Source: Macrostomum hystrix (lineage: Eukaryota; Animalia; Platyhelminthes). Taken from it: a DNA stretch of 64,000 nt. Under the pieces are notes generated by a model. The model did no database searches, had not been told where the DNA came from, and saw nothing but the letters and a program-made list of their open reading frames with translations. Shown here one piece after another: positions 61,301 through 64,000 of this stretch. Numbering within the stretch: the stretch's first letter is position 1; the number at the start of each line of letters is the position of its first letter. The translations under genes and the position numbers were made by a program. The stretch is taken from positions 186,001 through 250,000 of the forward strand of contig CATNEN010000037.1 in assembly GCA_950097015.1 (NCBI GenBank). The letters are read 5' to 3'.

Positions 61301-64000
61301 CAAGATTCTGGTGTCCTCTGCTCGACCACAGAAGACGCTGAAGGTGGACTTGGACTAGTCGGTTCTTCCTCCTCCAGATGTTGGAAAATAGGATGCGCGT
61401 GATGACCAACTGGTTCCTTTGCTTCTCGTTGAGCAGCTGCGGGAGCACTTTGATCCATCTCAACCAGAGGAAAGGCTTCTTTCCCAAAGACAGTTCGAGT
61501 CTGGTCAGCAACACGTGAAATTTGAACTTCCGCTATGCAAGACAACGGGCTGTGCAATTGGTGTGTAGCTGAGCTTTGCGCCTCTGCTGCAGTTCCACCC
61601 TCCAGAAGCTGCAAGACTTTAGATGTAGGAAGAGACTCCTCAGTTGGGTCAGGTCGTGAATCGTGAAGCGGTGATACCTCAGCAGAGTGAAGATGCCTTT
61701 CGGACGTTGCTGGACTATCGCAAACTTCAGCGGAGCGAAGAGTCTCTTCTACTTGGCTAGGGGGCTTCTCAGTTGGAACAGGGCTATCCCGAAGCTGCAT
61801 CACTTCAGCTGAGCTAGGATGCTCCTCAGTTGGAACAGGGCTATCCCGATGCTGCATTACTTCAGCTGTGATGAGATGCTCCTCAGTTGGAACAGGACTA
61901 TCCCGATGCTGCATCACTTCAGCTGTGATAATATGCTCCTCAGTTGGAACAGGGCTATCCCGAAGCTGCATCACTTCAGCTGAGCTAGGATGCTCCTCAT
62001 TTGGAACAGGGCTATCCCGAAGCTGCATCACTTCAGCTGAGCTAGGATGCTCCTCAGTTGGAACAGGACTATCCCGAAGCTGCATCACTTCAGCTGAGCT
62101 AGGATGCTCCTCAGTTGGAACAGGGCTATCCCGATGCTGCATCACGTCAGCTGAGCTAGGATGCTCCTCAGTTGGAACAGGGCTATCCCGAAGCTGCATC
62201 ACTTCAGCTGTGATGAGATGCTCCTCAGTTGGAACAGGACTATCCCGATGCTGCATCACTTCAGCTGTGATGAGATGCTCCTCAGTTGGAACAGGACTAT
62301 CCCGATGCTGCATCACTTCAGCTGTGATGAGATACTCCTCAGTTGGAACAGGACTATCCCGATGCTGCATCACTTCAGCTGTGATGAGATACTCCTCAGT
62401 TGGAACAGGGCTTTCACGAAGCTGCATCACTTCAGCTGTGATGAGATACTCCTCAGTTGGAACAGGGCTTTCACGAAGCTGTATCACTTCAGCTGAGCTA
62501 GGATGCTCCTCAGCTGGAACAGGGCTATCCCGATGCTGCATCACGTCAGCTGAGCTAGGATGCTCCTCAGTTGGAACAGGGCTTTCACGAAGCTGCATCA
62601 CTTCAGCTGAGCTAGGATGCTCCTCAGTTGGAACAGGGCTATCCCGAAGCTGCATCACTTCAGCTGAGCTAGGATGCTCCTCAGTTGGAACAGGGCTATC
62701 CCGAAGCTGCATCACGTCAGCTGAGCTAGGATGCTCCTCAGTTGGAACAGGACTATCCCGATGCTGCATCACGTCAGCTGAGCTAGGATGCTCCTCAGTT
62801 GGAACAGGGCTATCCCGAAGCTGCATCACTTCAGCTGAGCTAGGATGCTCCTCAGTTGGAACAGGGCTATCCCGAAGCTGCATCACGTCAGCTGAGCTAG
62901 GATGCTCCTCAGTTGGAACAGGGACTATCCCGAATGCTGCATCACGTCAGCTGAGCTAGGATGCTCCTCAGTTGGAACAGGGCTATCCCGAAGCTGCATC
63001 ACTTCAGCTGAGCTAGGATGCTCCTCATTTGGAACAGGGCTATCCCGAAGCTGCATCACTTCAGCTGAGCTAGGATGCTCCTCAGTTGGAACAGGGCTAT
63101 CCCGAAGCTGCATCACTTCAGCTGAGCTAGGATGCTCCTCAGTTGGAACAGGGCTATCCCGAAGCTGTATCACTTCAGCTGAGCTAGGATGCTCCTCAGT
63201 TGGAACAGGGCTATCCCGAAGCTGCATCACTTCAGCCGAGCTAGGATGCTCCTCAGTTGGAACAGGGCTATCCCGATGCTGCATCACGTCAGCCGAGCTA
63301 GGATGCTCCTCAGTTGGAACAGGGCTTTCACGAAGCTGCATCACGTCAGCTGAGCTAGGATGCTCCTCAGGTGGAACAGGGCTATCCCGATGCTGCATCA
63401 CTTCAGCTGAGCTAGGATGCTCCTCAGTTGGAACAGGGCTTTCACGAAGCTGCATCACGTCAGCTGAGCTAGGATGCTCCTCAGGTGGAACAGGGCTTTC
63501 ACGAAACTGTAGTACATCAGCTGAGCGAGTAGGTTCATCGGACTCCGTGAAACTAGTGGCTGACGCTACCTTCAGATCTTTTCCGCTTTTAAAAGCCTCG
63601 ATTTCTAGTTTCATTTCCTCGGATGAAGATGTTTTGGGGCTAGAAGCTGCTTGAGCACCTAGATTCTCGGCTAAGAACTCCCTTTCCATCTCCTCAGGAA
63701 TCGAGCGGAAGACTTCGTCGGCATCTGCGCTGGACTCTCTTTCGTCTTTAGTGTCTGGCGACTTGGAACCGGCAGTGGCTGTTGATGCGAACATGCATTC
63801 CGGAATGTCCTCCTGGATTTTAAAGCCAAACATTTCAAGATCGCCGTGAATGCCTCTATAACGGCTGTCAATGTCTTCAGCTGCCTCTTCAATTAGCTTC
63901 TCCGCCCTTTGAATACGCTCGTCGAAGCCCCTATCTACGTCGCTGCCTTCCTCTTCGGTAATCCGACCCATCGCCTCTACTTGCGAGACTGGCTCCGCAG
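58384..64000 (-). CDS. Giant acidic, Ser/Glu/Pro-rich exon (more than 1850 codons, continues past the window) with a 19-aa repeat; giant ankyrin (UNC-44/Ank2-like) tail candidate; apparent frameshift near 62925
   Basis: ORF track 62925-63971 and 58384-62886 share the same repeat; frame is open to 64000; three SSLxEFE[R/K]LE motifs and MxxSxDS motifs. No ankyrin core in the window, so identity is inferred. Confidence 0.7.
61775..63530 (-). repeat. 57-bp coding tandem repeat (PVPTEEHPSSAEVMQLRDS and PVPTEEHLITAEVMQHRDS variants), about 30 units
   Basis: Direct reading and translation. Confidence 0.92.

Noticed and set aside
61868-63654. Plus-strand Cys/Ser repeat ORFs
   Set aside because: Antisense shadow of the 57-bp coding repeat.

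Overview
Animal genomic DNA with short GT-AG introns, many minisatellites and CAG-rich tracts. The style suggests the flatworm Macrostomum lignano, but the species is an inference. Genes reconstructed by hand with consistent exon phases: two tandem 3-exon FABP-like genes (+); a small RING/TRAF-zinc-finger gene (-); a protocadherin with 7 cadherin repeats (-); a 12-ankyrin-repeat + cGAS-like (Mab-21 nucleotidyltransferase, cGLR) fusion gene (-); a 5-exon MORC (GHKL-S5-CW) gene (-); a 2-exon importin-alpha3 gene (-); and the 3' part of a giant acidic exon with a 57-bp coding repeat, resembling giant ankyrin/UNC-44 tails (-). Mobile DNA: a decayed PHD-ORF1 LINE, a hAT/Charlie MITE (16-bp TIR, 8-bp TSD), an RNaseH-CCHC LINE 3' end inside a CAG/CAT microsatellite, tRNA-derived SINEs, a CMC/CACTA-like 3.1-kb element in a MORC intron, an RTE-like remnant and a 40-bp perfect palindrome with an 8-bp TSD. 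The most notable locus is the ANK-cGLR cassette (29.2-34.6 kb). The ankyrin ORF's stop codon lies inside a splice donor that joins it in frame to the cGLR. The two NTase exons are bracketed by an inverted SINE pair (one copy has a twin-priming-type 5' inversion). The whole gene sits between two arrays of the same 34-bp satellite.
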